Source of the DNA: Abditibacteriaceae bacterium
GTDB taxonomy: Bacteria > Armatimonadota > Abditibacteriia > Abditibacteriales > Abditibacteriaceae
Direction of reading: 5' to 3'
NCBI GenBank assembly: GCA_965277285.1
Contig: OZ255721.1
Location: 2,432,001-2,496,000, forward strand
Length of the DNA stretch: 64,000 nt
Shown: positions 40,402 through 50,869 of the stretch, piece by piece
Layout: every line of letters starts with the position of its first letter
How positions within the stretch are numbered: the stretch's first letter is position 1
Position numbers and translations under genes: made by a program
The notes under the pieces: model-generated
The model's input: the letters and a program-made list of their open reading frames with translations, nothing else
Database searches by the model: none
Told to the model about the DNA's origin: nothing

Positions 40402-40646
40402 GCCGATTTACTGTTCTTTTGGCTGCATTTGTCGCCGCATCGAGTACTCGATTGCGGTTTTGACTGCTGTCTGAAGGCCGCTTTTGCGGTGAGTTGCAAC
40501 GCCTGCGCGTGCCTGTCAAAATGGGAAAAATTCACTACCATTAAATTTCAACACGGCAAATCGCCTTCAAATTCTTCCGTTGTTGTGCTACATCGTTGAA
40601 TTTTATTCTCGAGGATATTCCACAGGTTTCCTCTCCATCGCTCACC

Positions 40647-41780
40647 ATGACTAACACATCACGTCCTTCCTCATCGCCCACCGCGCGCTCCACGCAGAAA
40701 TCGAACAATGGCTTGATTGACCCGAACGCGACTGCAGAAACCGTCGCCTTGTTTCACAACTTGCGAAACCTGTCTGCCAAGCATGTTTTGTTCGGTCATC
40801 AGCACGCGATGGAATATGGTCATGGCTGGACAGGCGACGAAGATCGTTCCGATGTGAAATCTGTCACGGGTTCACATCCCGCCGTCATTGGCGTTGATTT
40901 CAGCGATTTGTCCGGTCGCCCAAAAAAGCAAATTGAGAAAAACAAAGAGCTTCTCCAAAAACAAATTGTCGACACATACAATCGCGGCGGCGTAGTAACA
41001 GCCGCCTGGCACTTCAACAATCCCGTGACTGACACCAGCTTCTACTGGAAAAAGGGCGTTTCGGCTCCAGCGGTCAAAAACATCATTCCTGGTGGTTCTC
41101 ATCACGAGCAGTACAAAGAGATTTTGCGTACTCTGGCCGATCTGGCGCACTCAGTCACAGGCGAAGATGGCACTTTGGCGCCGCTGATTTTTCGCCCTTA
41201 TCACGAGTTCGATGGCAACTGGTTTTGGTGGGGCAAGGCGCATTGCACCAAGAAAGAGTTCATCGCGCTGTGGCGTTTCACCGTTGCTTACCTGCGCGAT
41301 GAACTGCAAGTTCACAACTTCCTGTACGCATTTTCGCCGGATTGTTTATTTCAGACGGAAAAAGAATTTCTGGCGCGTTATCCTGGTGATAAATGGGTCG
41401 ATATGGTCGGCATGGACGATTACGCCGACTTCGGGCGCGACGATAAATACGATCTCAAAGCTGGCATCGCCAAACTGAAGATCGTTTCCGATTATGCCGA
41501 GCGCGCCGGAAAGTTGGCCGCCTTCACCGAAACCGGACTGGAATCGCTTCCCAACCCGACATGGTGGACGAAAACGCTGCTCAAAGCCTTGAAAACCAAA
41601 GGCTTGAAGCTGTGCTACGTCCTGGTATGGCGCAACGATTCGCAAAGCCCGACACACTATTACGCGCCTTACCCCGGACACGCCAACGTGCCCGATTTCC
41701 TGCGCTTTCACGAAGACTCGTTCATACTTTTTGAAAATAGCTTAAAGGATTTAGCTTCGTTGTACAAAATGAAGGAGTGA
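40647..41780 (+). CDS. Glycoside hydrolase family 26 (beta-mannanase)
   Basis: FRPYHEFDGNWFWWG, YPGD.WVD.VG.D.Y, AFTETG, VWRN. Confidence 0.9.
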   Translation: MTNTSRPSSSPTARSTQKSNNGLIDPNATAETVALFHNLRNLSAKHVLFGHQHAMEYGHGWTGDEDRSDVKSVTGSHPAVIGVDFSDLSGRPKKQIEKNKELLQKQIVDTYNRGGVVTAAWHFNNPVTDTSFYWKKGVSAPAVKNIIPGGSHHEQYKEILRTLADLAHSVTGEDGTLAPLIFRPYHEFDGNWFWWGKAHCTKKEFIALWRFTVAYLRDELQVHNFLYAFSPDCLFQTEKEFLARYPGDKWVDMVGMDDYADFGRDDKYDLKAGIAKLKIVSDYAERAGKLAAFTETGLESLPNPTWWTKTLLKALKTKGLKLCYVLVWRNDSQSPTHYYAPYPGHANVPDFLRFHEDSFILFENSLKDLASLYKMKE

Positions 41781-41787
41781 TTTGATT

Positions 41788-42570
41788 ATGGGTTTATTGG
41801 ATAACAAAGTCGCTTTTATTACGGGCGCGGCCAGTGGCATTGGCGCGAGCATGGCGAAGCGTTTCGCTCAGGAAGGTGCTCGCATCGCGCTGGCTGATGT
41901 TCAAAGCGAAGAAGGTCAAGCGTTGCGCGATGAGATCGTTTCCAATGGCGGAGAAGCTCTCTACATCGACTGCGATGTGACTGATGCTGAAGCGGTGCGC
42001 AAAGCCATTGACGCCACGGTTGAAAGGTTTGGCAGGCTCGACATCGTGTGCGCCAATGCGGGTATCAACGGCGTTTTCGCGCCCATTGAGGAGCTGCAAC
42101 CGCAGGAATGGGATCAAACTCTCGCCATCAATCTGCGCGGCACGTATTTGACGGTTCACTTTGCGGTGCCGCACTTGAAGGCGGCGCGTGGCGGCAGCAT
42201 CATTATTACCAGCAGCGTCAATGGCACATGAACTTTTTCCAACCCGGGCGCCAGCGCTTACAGCACTTCCAAAGCCGGTCAAATCGCTTTTATGAAGATG
42301 ATCGCGCTGGAGTTGGGGCGTCATCACATTCGCTGCAACGCGGTTTGCCCAGGCGCTATTCATACCAACATTGATGAGCGTACGGAGCCTCGACACACCG
42401 AGCAAATCGGCATCAAGGTCGAACTTCCTGAAGGCAGCCCAGCGCTCAATGAAGGTCAAGGCGAGCCGATTGATGTGGCGGACACTTGCCTTTTTCTGGC
42501 CTCTGATTTAGGGCGTCACGTTTCCGGCGTGGAAATTTATGTCGACGGCGGCGCCTCGCTTTTGCAGTAA
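41788..42570 (+). pseudogene. SDR oxidoreductase interrupted by an in-frame TGA (42229-42231)
   Basis: TGAASGIG, NAGING, then SSVNGT*TFSNPGASAYSTSK continuing in the same frame to VDGG. Confidence 0.85.
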
Positions 42571-42604
42571 ATTTGTCTCACTCCAGCAAGTTGTAAAACG
42601 ACTA

Positions 42605-42648
42605 AAAAGCCGGACGCGTGATCTTTGAGGTCACGTCTCCGGCTTTTT
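42605..42648 (+). terminator. Intrinsic terminator after the SDR gene
   Basis: aaaaagccgga...tccggcttttt. Confidence 0.7.
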
Positions 42649-42706
42649 CAATTTACGGAGCAAAGCGCAACAATAAACTTGCGCATCAAAACGATATAAT
42701 GAGGTT

Positions 42707-43927
42707 ATGAAACGCCTTTTTCGCCGTATCGAGTACTCGATTGTCGTGATGCTGCTCTGCCTGACCGTTCCGGCGCGTGCGTGTCTCAATGACCGCGACA
42801 GCGATTCGCTGGCTGAAGAAGCGCAAGGTTTGCCTGATGTCGTGCAAGTGATTACGGGACGTTTCCCGCGCAACCCGCCGCTGTTCTATCAAATGCGCAT
42901 CGCGCGCGTTCAACAAGAACTGAAAAAGAATCCGCGCAACTTTCCACTGTATGACGACATCGCCGTTGCCTATGACCGCTTGGGTAACGACAACGAAGCG
43001 ATTCGCTGGATTGAAACCAAACGAAAATGGTTGCCACCGTTCAACGCCAACAATGCCACGCTAAAAGAAGATTGGTATCGCTATTACGCAAACGCAGGCA
43101 CGTTTCAGGCGCATCGCTGGCTGCGCAGCGGCGCTGATCGCAATAAAATTAGCGAAGTTGTGACCGCCCGCGACGAGATTGCGCGTGCGATGCAAATCAA
43201 GCCGAACGCGCATTTTGGCCGCGAGAAATATCAGCTTGCGGCGATGGAATGGATGATTTATCTGGTAAAAAGTCCCAACGACAACGATTATCATCACAAA
43301 ATCACATTCGTAACAGACAAGGATTTCGACAAACCGCGTCCGGCAATTGAAGGTTTAAGCGGTTTGGTTGTTTTGGGCAACGCGTGGGAAAGCATCGATA
43401 TTTTCAATGCCCTGCGCTTAGAATTGAGCAGCGATCAGAAATCGACTTTGGCATTATTGGCGCAATTGCGTTGCGAAGAACTGATCAAGAACGGCAAAAC
43501 TTCGCTTTCGACCGCTTATGACGATTCGCCAGCATCGCAACTTGCGCTTATCCAGCAAAGACGGAGCGTCTCATTACCACCAGTTTTCCCGAAAGACATC
43601 GCAAAGGCTTTTCATGCCTTGCGAGCCGAAGCCGAAAGCTGGCAGAACGCGCGCACCAATTACATGATGATTCGCCTGCAACAAGGTCGTCATCCCGATA
43701 CCGACAAAACGTTTTGGAACGAGTACTCGAACTCGGCGCCGCCTTCGTTGGAGCAATTCACGCCCGAATCGAAATGGCGACGCTATTACACAGCGCATTC
43801 GTTTAGCATTTGGTCGACCATTTTCACGTTTGCCTTACCTTTTTGGTTGATTGTCTGGTTCTCCAACAAAGTGCGAATTGCCATCAAGCGCCATTTGGCA
43901 GAAAAACGCAAAGTCTCTGCCGCGTAA
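42707..43927 (+). CDS. Exported TPR-like hypothetical protein with C-terminal TM
   Basis: Signal-like N-terminus ending ARAC; LYDDIAVAYDRLG; NAHFGREKYQ. Confidence 0.7.
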   Translation: MKRLFRRIEYSIVVMLLCLTVPARACLNDRDSDSLAEEAQGLPDVVQVITGRFPRNPPLFYQMRIARVQQELKKNPRNFPLYDDIAVAYDRLGNDNEAIRWIETKRKWLPPFNANNATLKEDWYRYYANAGTFQAHRWLRSGADRNKISEVVTARDEIARAMQIKPNAHFGREKYQLAAMEWMIYLVKSPNDNDYHHKITFVTDKDFDKPRPAIEGLSGLVVLGNAWESIDIFNALRLELSSDQKSTLALLAQLRCEELIKNGKTSLSTAYDDSPASQLALIQQRRSVSLPPVFPKDIAKAFHALRAEAESWQNARTNYMMIRLQQGRHPDTDKTFWNEYSNSAPPSLEQFTPESKWRRYYTAHSFSIWSTIFTFALPFWLIVWFSNKVRIAIKRHLAEKRKVSAA

Positions 43928-43933
43928 AAGTTG

Positions 43934-45160
43934 TCACTTCGCCGCTAAAAAACGCCCCGCGGTGCCGATGGAAACCTCGTGCGTGTTATTTTGCACAATC
44001 GTGCGGCGCAGGAACAAGTTGCCGTAAGGTTCGACGCGCACGCCTTGCCAGACGTTTTTTTCAACTGTGCAATCTTGCAGCAAAGCCGTCGAGGTGGTTT
44101 CGGCGACAACGCCGGTGCGGTTTTCGTGGATGCTGCTGCCGCGCACAAACGCATCTCCGGCTTCAAAAACTTCCAGACCAGAATAAGCGGCGCCCGAAAT
44201 GTCGCAATTGTCGATGTCGGCGTGCGCGCGGTTATAAACGATGATGCCGCTGGTGCGCGCGCCGCTCACTTTGCAGCGCAAAATCCACGGCTGAGTACTC
44301 GATCCATACGCCGAAATGCCGACGCGCGAATCGGTTTGCACTTCGCAATCGGAAAGTAGGGAACGACCGGACGGGATTTCGACGGCGTGAAAACGATTGT
44401 TGCCACGAATGCTGACCTTCGCCTTGAAAACCAATTGGCTGATTGTCGCGCCATTGGCACGCAGCGATAAACACGGCGCATCGATGCTTTCGATAATCAC
44501 ATCGCCCAACTTGGAACCGACAATTTGCAAAGGTTTGTTCACGTTCAAACTTTCGTGATAATTTCCAGCAGCGATTTCGATGCGTGAAAACGGCGGCGCA
44601 TTTCTAATCGCCTGCGCGATACTTTTGTTGGCACCATCGGGCGAAACCATGATAGTTTTGACTGGCGTCCAACTTTTAATTGGCGCGATGCCACGAACAG
44701 GAATCGTCAACGGCTTTGGTCGCGGTTCTTTGATTGGCAAACCCAACGCGCGCAAACCGTTTCGCGCGCGCGTGGCATCCATGCCTTGTGCGCCAACTTT
44801 GAGCGCTTGGCGAAAGGCGCGTCCTGCTTCATCGCGTTGATCCAATGCGGCCTGCGTTTTCCCCAAACCAACCCAGGCGCGCGGATAGTCAGGCGCGATT
44901 TGCGTCGCCTGCACACACATCAAAAGCGCGCGCGAATATTGTCCGGCAAGATAATGGCGCGCCGCTTCGTCCACCAAAGCGTTGGCGCGGCGCTGCACCG
45001 CAACAGACGAACGCGCCTGAGCCGCTTGTGGCATGGTCGCCACCAGCCCACAGGACGCCAGTAAAACCAGACATAAACTCGCGCGAGGATGACGAACCAG
45101 CGAACCACTCTTGACCAACCATGCGACGCGACTGCCGCAATTCAAGGAATTTGTCTTCAT
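43934..45160 (-). CDS. TPR plus right-handed beta-helix (pectin-lyase-like) protein
   Basis: Signal-like segment, TPR, SIAQAI..A...IAAGNYHE, beta-helix repeats. Confidence 0.8.
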   Translation of the reverse strand: MKTNSLNCGSRVAWLVKSGSLVRHPRASLCLVLLASCGLVATMPQAAQARSSVAVQRRANALVDEAARHYLAGQYSRALLMCVQATQIAPDYPRAWVGLGKTQAALDQRDEAGRAFRQALKVGAQGMDATRARNGLRALGLPIKEPRPKPLTIPVRGIAPIKSWTPVKTIMVSPDGANKSIAQAIRNAPPFSRIEIAAGNYHESLNVNKPLQIVGSKLGDVIIESIDAPCLSLRANGATISQLVFKAKVSIRGNNRFHAVEIPSGRSLLSDCEVQTDSRVGISAYGSSTQPWILRCKVSGARTSGIIVYNRAHADIDNCDISGAAYSGLEVFEAGDAFVRGSSIHENRTGVVAETTSTALLQDCTVEKNVWQGVRVEPYGNLFLRRTIVQNNTHEVSIGTAGRFLAAK

Positions 45161-45233
45161 AATGTTGTGCTTGCAGCTTCTGACACCTTATCGAGTACTC
45201 GATATGAAAAACTCAACGTTTTCCAAATTCTGA

Positions 45234-46712
45234 TTAGAACGGCAGCGCACTCGACTTGGCGTGATGCGAAATGCGCTTTGGCGCGCGATGCACCTTGGCG
45301 ACACGACGTGGTTTCGACACACGACGCACTATGCGACGCTCTGATTTTGAACGCTCGGCACGAACGCGACGCGCGCGGCGCAACGGACGAGCAGGATTTT
45401 TGATCACCAATTCAGGCGCCGAACTTTCCTCAGAGGAAGGCTGTGGAGCCGCTTGAGCTATCGTCTTGGTTGTCACGTTTGGCGTTGGTGAAAGCGCAAC
45501 TTTCGGTGTCGCTTGCGGCGCGATTTGAGGAGTTGCGGCGAGTTGCGGCGTGGCGCTTGGTTTTAGCGCGATCGTTGGTTTTAGTGTCGCTTCCGGTGTC
45601 GCAACGATGACAGGTTTCTGCGCGATGTTCGCTTTGAGTTTTTTTGGCGTCGCGCGGTGCGTGGTAGGCAGCGGGTTCGCCTCGTCGGGCGCGATTTTGC
45701 TTCGATGAAAAACGGTGAACGACAACAATGCGCCCAGCATCAACACGCCGCTGGTGACAATCATCACTGTTTTGGTCGGTGAATTCGATTTTTCGACGGG
45801 CGGCAGAACGACCTCGCGGTTCACCATCGGTGGCTCGACTTCGTTTTCCGGCTGATGAGCGTCTTGCAGCGCTTCGTGCAAAGCGTCTTGTACGGCATCG
45901 CGGTCTTGCCACTGGCGATCTTGCAAAGCCGCCAACATTTCGCTGCCCGAAGCAAATCGCGCGATTGGTTCCCATTGCAGCGCCTTGCGAATAATAGCGA
46001 CAATCCGCTCTGAAGCATCTGAGGGAATGCGCGCGAAAATCTGCTCTGGCTTTTCATCCTGCTCTTCGGCGTCCGGCAGCGATTGGCGAAAATGATTTTG
46101 CGTTCTTTGGCCATTCGCCGCGCTGCCAGCCAGCATTTGCGCCATCAGAACGCCCAGCGCATAAATGTCGCTGCGCGCATCGCCCATCTCGCCGCTTTGC
46201 TGCTCCGGGCTGCGATACAGCATTCCATCGCGTTGAACTTCGGGGTGCGCCTTGGCAAGTTGCGCCGCAAAGTCGGCCATTCCGAAATCGGTGATTTTCG
46301 CCGTTTCGTCGCGGCACAAGAAAACGCGCGATGCCGTCAAATGGCGATGTGCCAATCCCTGGCGATGCGCTTGCGCCACAGCCGCCACAATCTGTAGCGA
46401 AATCTCAAGCGATTCGTCTTCGCGCAGGGCGCCGCGCGTCAAACACGCTTCCAGGGTTTCGCCTTCCAAAGCTTCCAATACCAGGTAAGGCCGCCCTTGT
46501 TCGCGCACGACATCCAGCACGCGCATCGCATTCGGATGATGAACCTGCGCGCCAGTGCTTCCGGCTTGCTCGAACAGCGGCACCCACGCTTCGGTGCAGA
46601 AATCTTCGCGCAAACCTCTCATCGCCACGATGCGGCTGGGATTGCTCTGGCGCCCACGATAAACGTCCGCTAACACATCTCGCCCGATTAAAATGCCACG
46701 TTCATATTTCAT
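45234..46712 (-). CDS. Membrane Hanks-type Ser/Thr kinase-like protein (probable pseudokinase)
   Basis: KITDFG, YRSPEQ, SDIYALG retained; HRH replaces HRD, VAMR replaces VAxK. Confidence 0.82.
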   Translation of the reverse strand: MKYERGILIGRDVLADVYRGRQSNPSRIVAMRGLREDFCTEAWVPLFEQAGSTGAQVHHPNAMRVLDVVREQGRPYLVLEALEGETLEACLTRGALREDESLEISLQIVAAVAQAHRQGLAHRHLTASRVFLCRDETAKITDFGMADFAAQLAKAHPEVQRDGMLYRSPEQQSGEMGDARSDIYALGVLMAQMLAGSAANGQRTQNHFRQSLPDAEEQDEKPEQIFARIPSDASERIVAIIRKALQWEPIARFASGSEMLAALQDRQWQDRDAVQDALHEALQDAHQPENEVEPPMVNREVVLPPVEKSNSPTKTVMIVTSGVLMLGALLSFTVFHRSKIAPDEANPLPTTHRATPKKLKANIAQKPVIVATPEATLKPTIALKPSATPQLAATPQIAPQATPKVALSPTPNVTTKTIAQAAPQPSSEESSAPELVIKNPARPLRRARRVRAERSKSERRIVRRVSKPRRVAKVHRAPKRISHHAKSSALPF

Positions 46713-46994
46713 TGAATGATAAAACCAAATCCTGCAAACCCGGTCGCCCGATTCCTACATGCACTGACAATTTTTATCGCGCGTTCGAGTACTCGAACGC
46801 GTATCGTCACCACTCACGCGCCAAAGTTGCCAACTGCAATTGCTGCACAAGAATTCGTCCAACCTGTTTCGTTTTCCACATCTCAGCGCGATTTGACAAT
46901 TTCACGCCACGATTGTTATTGTTTCGTGTTTGTTCAACGTTCAACGCAAGGTTCAACGCTTGCCGCGCGCGCTCGCAACGCTTAGGCTAAAGAT

Positions 46995-48446
46995 ATGAGC
47001 GAAAACACAGCAAACACACAAACCAATCAAACTCCTCTTGATTTAGAAACCCTGACGCCGCGCCAGATTGTGGCGGAATTGGACAAATACATCGTCGGGC
47101 AAGATGCGGCCAAGCGCGCGGTTGCCGTCGCGTTGCGCAATCGTTATCGCCGCTCCAAATTGTCGGCGGAAATGCGCGAAGACATTATCCCAAAAAACAT
47201 TTTGATGATCGGTTCGACCGGCGTCGGCAAAACTGAAATCGCGCGTCGCCTGGCGCACTTGGCGGGCGCGCCGATGCTCAAAGTCGAGGCGACCAAGTTC
47301 ACCGAAGTCGGCTACGTCGGGCGCGATGTCGATTCGATGATCCGCGACCTGACCGAAATCGGCGTTTCGATGGTCGAAAAAGAAAAACTCGAAAGCGTGC
47401 GCGAACAAGCCAAACTTTTAGCCGAAGATCGCGTACTCGATTTGCTGGTCGAAAAACCCAAGCGCCGTCGCAAAACCAATGCGCGCAACCCGTTCGAGTC
47501 GATGTTTGGCGGCGCGGAAAACGAAACCGAAGAAGACGATTCGCCAGGTTTTCAAGCGCAAAAAGAACAATCCGAGCGTTTACGAGCGCGCATGAAAGAA
47601 AAGCTAGCCAACGGCGAAATGGAAGACGCGCAGGTCGAAATCGAAATCGAGGAATCGCGCCAATCGCAAATCATCGGGCCGTTCGGCATGGGCGAAGCCG
47701 GTTTCGATATGCAAAACGCGCTCGAAGGCTTGATTCCCAAGAACCGCAAAAAGCGCAAAATGAAGATCGCCGACGCGCGTCGCGTACTCGAAAACGAAGA
47801 AGCCGCGCGCCTCATCGACCGCGACGCCGTCGTTTCCGAAGCTCTCGAGCGCGTGCAAAATAACGGCATTTTATTCATTGATGAACTGGACAAAGTCGCA
47901 GGACGCGAGGGCGCCAGCGGCCCGCAAGTTTCGCGTGAAGGCGTGCAACGCGACATCTTGCCGATTGTCGAAGGCTTCAGCGTCGCCACCAAATATGGGC
48001 AAGTGCGCACCGATCACATTTTGTTCATCGCGGCGGGCGCTTTTCATGTTTCCAAGCCAAGTGACCTCATTCCCGAATTGCAAGGCCGCTTCCCGATTCG
48101 CGTCGAATTGGAAAACCTGACCGAAGCCGACTTTCGCCGCATTCTGACCGAACCGCGCAACGCGTTGTTGAAACAATACTCGGCGCTTTTGGGAGCCGAC
48201 GGCGTCCATCTCGAATTCGCGCCCGACGGCATCGAAGAAATCGCGCGCCTGGCGCAACAAGTCAACGAGCAAACCGAAAATATCGGCGCCAGGCGTTTGC
48301 ACACCATCGTCGAAAAACTGCTCGATGAAGTTTCCTTCGCCGCGCCCGAAGTGTCAGAAAACCACGTCCTCGTAAATGCCGATTACGTCCGCGAACGCTT
48401 GGGAGAACTGGTCAAAAACGAGGATTTAAGCCGTTATATTCTGTAG
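46995..48446 (+). CDS. hslU: ATP-dependent protease ATPase subunit HslU
   Basis: [40 protein letters not shown]. Confidence 0.97.
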   Translation: MSENTANTQTNQTPLDLETLTPRQIVAELDKYIVGQDAAKRAVAVALRNRYRRSKLSAEMREDIIPKNILMIGSTGVGKTEIARRLAHLAGAPMLKVEATKFTEVGYVGRDVDSMIRDLTEIGVSMVEKEKLESVREQAKLLAEDRVLDLLVEKPKRRRKTNARNPFESMFGGAENETEEDDSPGFQAQKEQSERLRARMKEKLANGEMEDAQVEIEIEESRQSQIIGPFGMGEAGFDMQNALEGLIPKNRKKRKMKIADARRVLENEEAARLIDRDAVVSEALERVQNNGILFIDELDKVAGREGASGPQVSREGVQRDILPIVEGFSVATKYGQVRTDHILFIAAGAFHVSKPSDLIPELQGRFPIRVELENLTEADFRRILTEPRNALLKQYSALLGADGVHLEFAPDGIEEIARLAQQVNEQTENIGARRLHTIVEKLLDEVSFAAPEVSENHVLVNADYVRERLGELVKNEDLSRYIL

Positions 48447-48456
48447 GTTTACAATT

Positions 48457-49356
48457 ATGAAAACACAGAAAATTGCACCAAATGTGGCGTGTCTGCCCAT
48501 CGCTTTTGTCAATGCTTATTTTGTCGGCACGCGCGACAACTGGGTTCTGATCGATTGCGGTTTGCCACACACTTTCGACCGAATTCGCGCTGCCGCGACA
48601 GAACTTTTTGGCGACGCGCCACCTTCGGCGATTTTGCTGACGCACGGGCATTTCGATCACAGTGGCGCGGCGCTTCAGGCCATCGAGTACTGGAAGGTGC
48701 CAATTTATGCGCATCCTCTGGAAATGCCGTATCTGACGGCGCGTTCATCGTATCCGCCGCCCGACCCGACTGTGGGCGGCGCGCTGGGTTTTATGAGTCG
48801 CTTCATGCCCGCGCGCGCCACCGATTTAAGCCCACATTTGCAACCTTTGCCAGAGGACGGCAGCGTGCCGTTTCTGAACGATTGGCGCTGGATTTTCACG
48901 CCGGGGCACGCACCCGGCCACGTCTCGTTTTTCCGCGAAAGTGACAAGACCTTGATCGCGGGCGATGCGTTGGCCACCGCCGACATGGATAAATGGGGCG
49001 CGGCGATGTTCAAGCGACCGCAGAAAATTGCGCGCTCGGGCACGCCTTTCATTTGCGATTGGGACAAAACACGCGCGTCGGCACAAGCTCTCGCGCCATT
49101 GCAGCCGCGCGTTGTGGCGTGCGGTCACGGCATTCCGATGAGCGGCGAAGATGTCGCATCGCAACTGGACAATTTCGCAGCGAACTTCCCGATTCCCTTG
49201 CATGGGCGCTATGTCGAAGAAGCCGCGCAAACCGACGCGAATGGCATCGTTTCGCTGCCGCCTGCGCCGCCCGATGTGCTGCCCAAAGTTGCAATCGGAA
49301 TTGGCGCCATACTTCTCGCCGCGCAACTGATGAAGAGGAGGAGAAGCGACTCGTGA
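48457..49356 (+). CDS. MBL-fold metallohydrolase
   Basis: THGHFDH, TPGHAPGH, AGDA, GHG. Confidence 0.9.
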   Translation: MKTQKIAPNVACLPIAFVNAYFVGTRDNWVLIDCGLPHTFDRIRAAATELFGDAPPSAILLTHGHFDHSGAALQAIEYWKVPIYAHPLEMPYLTARSSYPPPDPTVGGALGFMSRFMPARATDLSPHLQPLPEDGSVPFLNDWRWIFTPGHAPGHVSFFRESDKTLIAGDALATADMDKWGAAMFKRPQKIARSGTPFICDWDKTRASAQALAPLQPRVVACGHGIPMSGEDVASQLDNFAANFPIPLHGRYVEEAAQTDANGIVSLPPAPPDVLPKVAIGIGAILLAAQLMKRRRSDS

Positions 49357-50015
49357 ATACGCGCTTTTCTACGTCTTCGATTTCACCGTCTTTGCCATTG
49401 CGTGCCATCGTCTGGCTTTTGGCGTCGTTGTCTTTTGCAGCTTTATTGTGGGAGTTTTACGGCTTGGGGAAGATGCGCAGCTTCGCCTTCGTCACCTTTC
49501 TTCCAGCGGTAATTGCGCTGGTTTGGCTGGCGAGATCGAGTACTCGATTGCGGCAAATTATCGTGGAAGGCGCGACTGGCGGCGTGGTTGCAGCGATTGT
49601 GTACGATACTTTCCGCGTGCCGTTCGTGTTGCACGGGTTTCCGTTGTTCGCGGTTTTCCCCAAGTTCGGACAAATGCTGCTCAACATTCCGTTGTCCATT
49701 CCGCCCGCCAAAGTACCGATTATGGTGCATCTTCTCGGCTGGACGTATCACTTCATCAACGGCGCGTCGTTGGGCATCATGTATGCGGCGATGTGCGCTT
49801 CAACCAAGCGAAACGTCATCTTCTGGGGCGCCGCGTTGTGGGCGGTCGCGGTAGAAACGTTGCTTTTGCTATCGCCGTATTACAGCTTCTTCCAACTCAA
49901 AATGGATCACGGCACGTTTCTGGTTTTAACGCTCAGCGCGCATTTAGTTTTCGGTTTGGTGCTGGGTTGGTGGCTCAGTCGCCGACTTTCGAGTACTCGA
50001 TTGGCTCAGAGTTAA
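49353..50015 (+). CDS. Hypothetical multi-TM membrane protein
   Basis: GTG overlapping the upstream stop; YD.FR.PF, GWTYHFING, AHLVFG. Confidence 0.7.
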   Translation: MNTRFSTSSISPSLPLRAIVWLLASLSFAALLWEFYGLGKMRSFAFVTFLPAVIALVWLARSSTRLRQIIVEGATGGVVAAIVYDTFRVPFVLHGFPLFAVFPKFGQMLLNIPLSIPPAKVPIMVHLLGWTYHFINGASLGIMYAAMCASTKRNVIFWGAALWAVAVETLLLLSPYYSFFQLKMDHGTFLVLTLSAHLVFGLVLGWWLSRRLSSTRLAQS

Positions 50016-50092
50016 ACCGCCAAGTCGCCAAGAAGTTACACAGAAAAAATCATCAAGCCCTTGAATTTCTTCTTGGCGTTCTTGGCGGTTAT

Positions 50093-50752
50093 TCAATTTT
50101 CTAATTCCATGTTGCGAAAAGGTGGCGCGAAGCCGTCGGTGTGCGGCGTAGTCGGCGACGAAGGAGCAAGTTCGATAATCTGCGTTACTTCCAAAGGCGG
50201 CAAACCCAGTTCGATGCGCGCGGCAGCCGGAGCGTTGACACCGACAGCCGGAATAAAAATCTGCTTGGGCGTGATGCCTTTATACGTCATGGCGACTTCA
50301 TCGCAACCCGCGTCATATTTCGGGCAATTCACGCATTCGCTCCACACGCGCTGTGGCAAATAACTCATGTGAATGGCGTGGAAATCGAGCTTCTTGAAAA
50401 ACTCCATTTTGTTGGTCAAAGTGTAAACGCAGAAAACGCCCAGCATTTCGACTTCGCTCATCACCGATTCGACCAACTGGCGTCCCCAACCCTGACCCTG
50501 AACTTCATCGGCGACCGCCAAAGCCTTCAACTCCGCCAAACCGTCCCACTGCGATTGCAGCGCGCAGCAACCCAGCACGCGGTCGTTTTCGTCCACCAAA
50601 ATCGTGTAATCGCGGATGTGTTCATACAATTCGGTCAGGCTGCGGCGCAACATATGACCTTCTTTGTGTTCCTCGTCGGTACGCGACGCCATCTCGTTAA
50701 TGAGCGCGCGGATCTGCGTCACGTCGGTGTTGCGGGCTTTGCGAAGGTGCAT
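50093..50752 (-). CDS. argA: GNAT-only N-acetylglutamate synthase-like acetyltransferase
   Basis: LRKA...D, MLRRSL.ELYE.IRDY, LAELKALAV, VWSEC..C...CDE.AM. Confidence 0.75.
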   Translation of the reverse strand: MHLRKARNTDVTQIRALINEMASRTDEEHKEGHMLRRSLTELYEHIRDYTILVDENDRVLGCCALQSQWDGLAELKALAVADEVQGQGWGRQLVESVMSEVEMLGVFCVYTLTNKMEFFKKLDFHAIHMSYLPQRVWSECVNCPKYDAGCDEVAMTYKGITPKQIFIPAVGVNAPAAARIELGLPPLEVTQIIELAPSSPTTPHTDGFAPPFRNMELEN

Positions 50753-50765
50753 AATAAATGGAATA

Positions 50766-50866
50766 AACCACAGAGACACAAAGAACACAGAGATTTCTAA
50801 GAGGAAATATTGAGTACTCGATTCGCTATTTCTTCTTTTCTCTGTGTTCTTTGTGTCTCTGTGGTT
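50766..50866. repeat. Hairpin with AACCACAGAGACACAAAGAACACAGAG arms and a palindrome variant in the loop
   Basis: Arms identical to the outer arms at 23253-23398. Confidence 0.85.
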
Positions 50867-50869
50867 CAA

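Noticed and set aside
42229..42231. Selenocysteine or alternative genetic code at the SDR TGA
   Set aside because: TGA is a normal stop in many genes here and this is not a Cys-type catalytic position in SDRs
50753..50869. N-terminal extensions of the argA-like ORF and of 22133..23275 (FFVSLWF peptides)
   Set aside because: They are translations of the repeat hairpin; downstream ATGs fit the families
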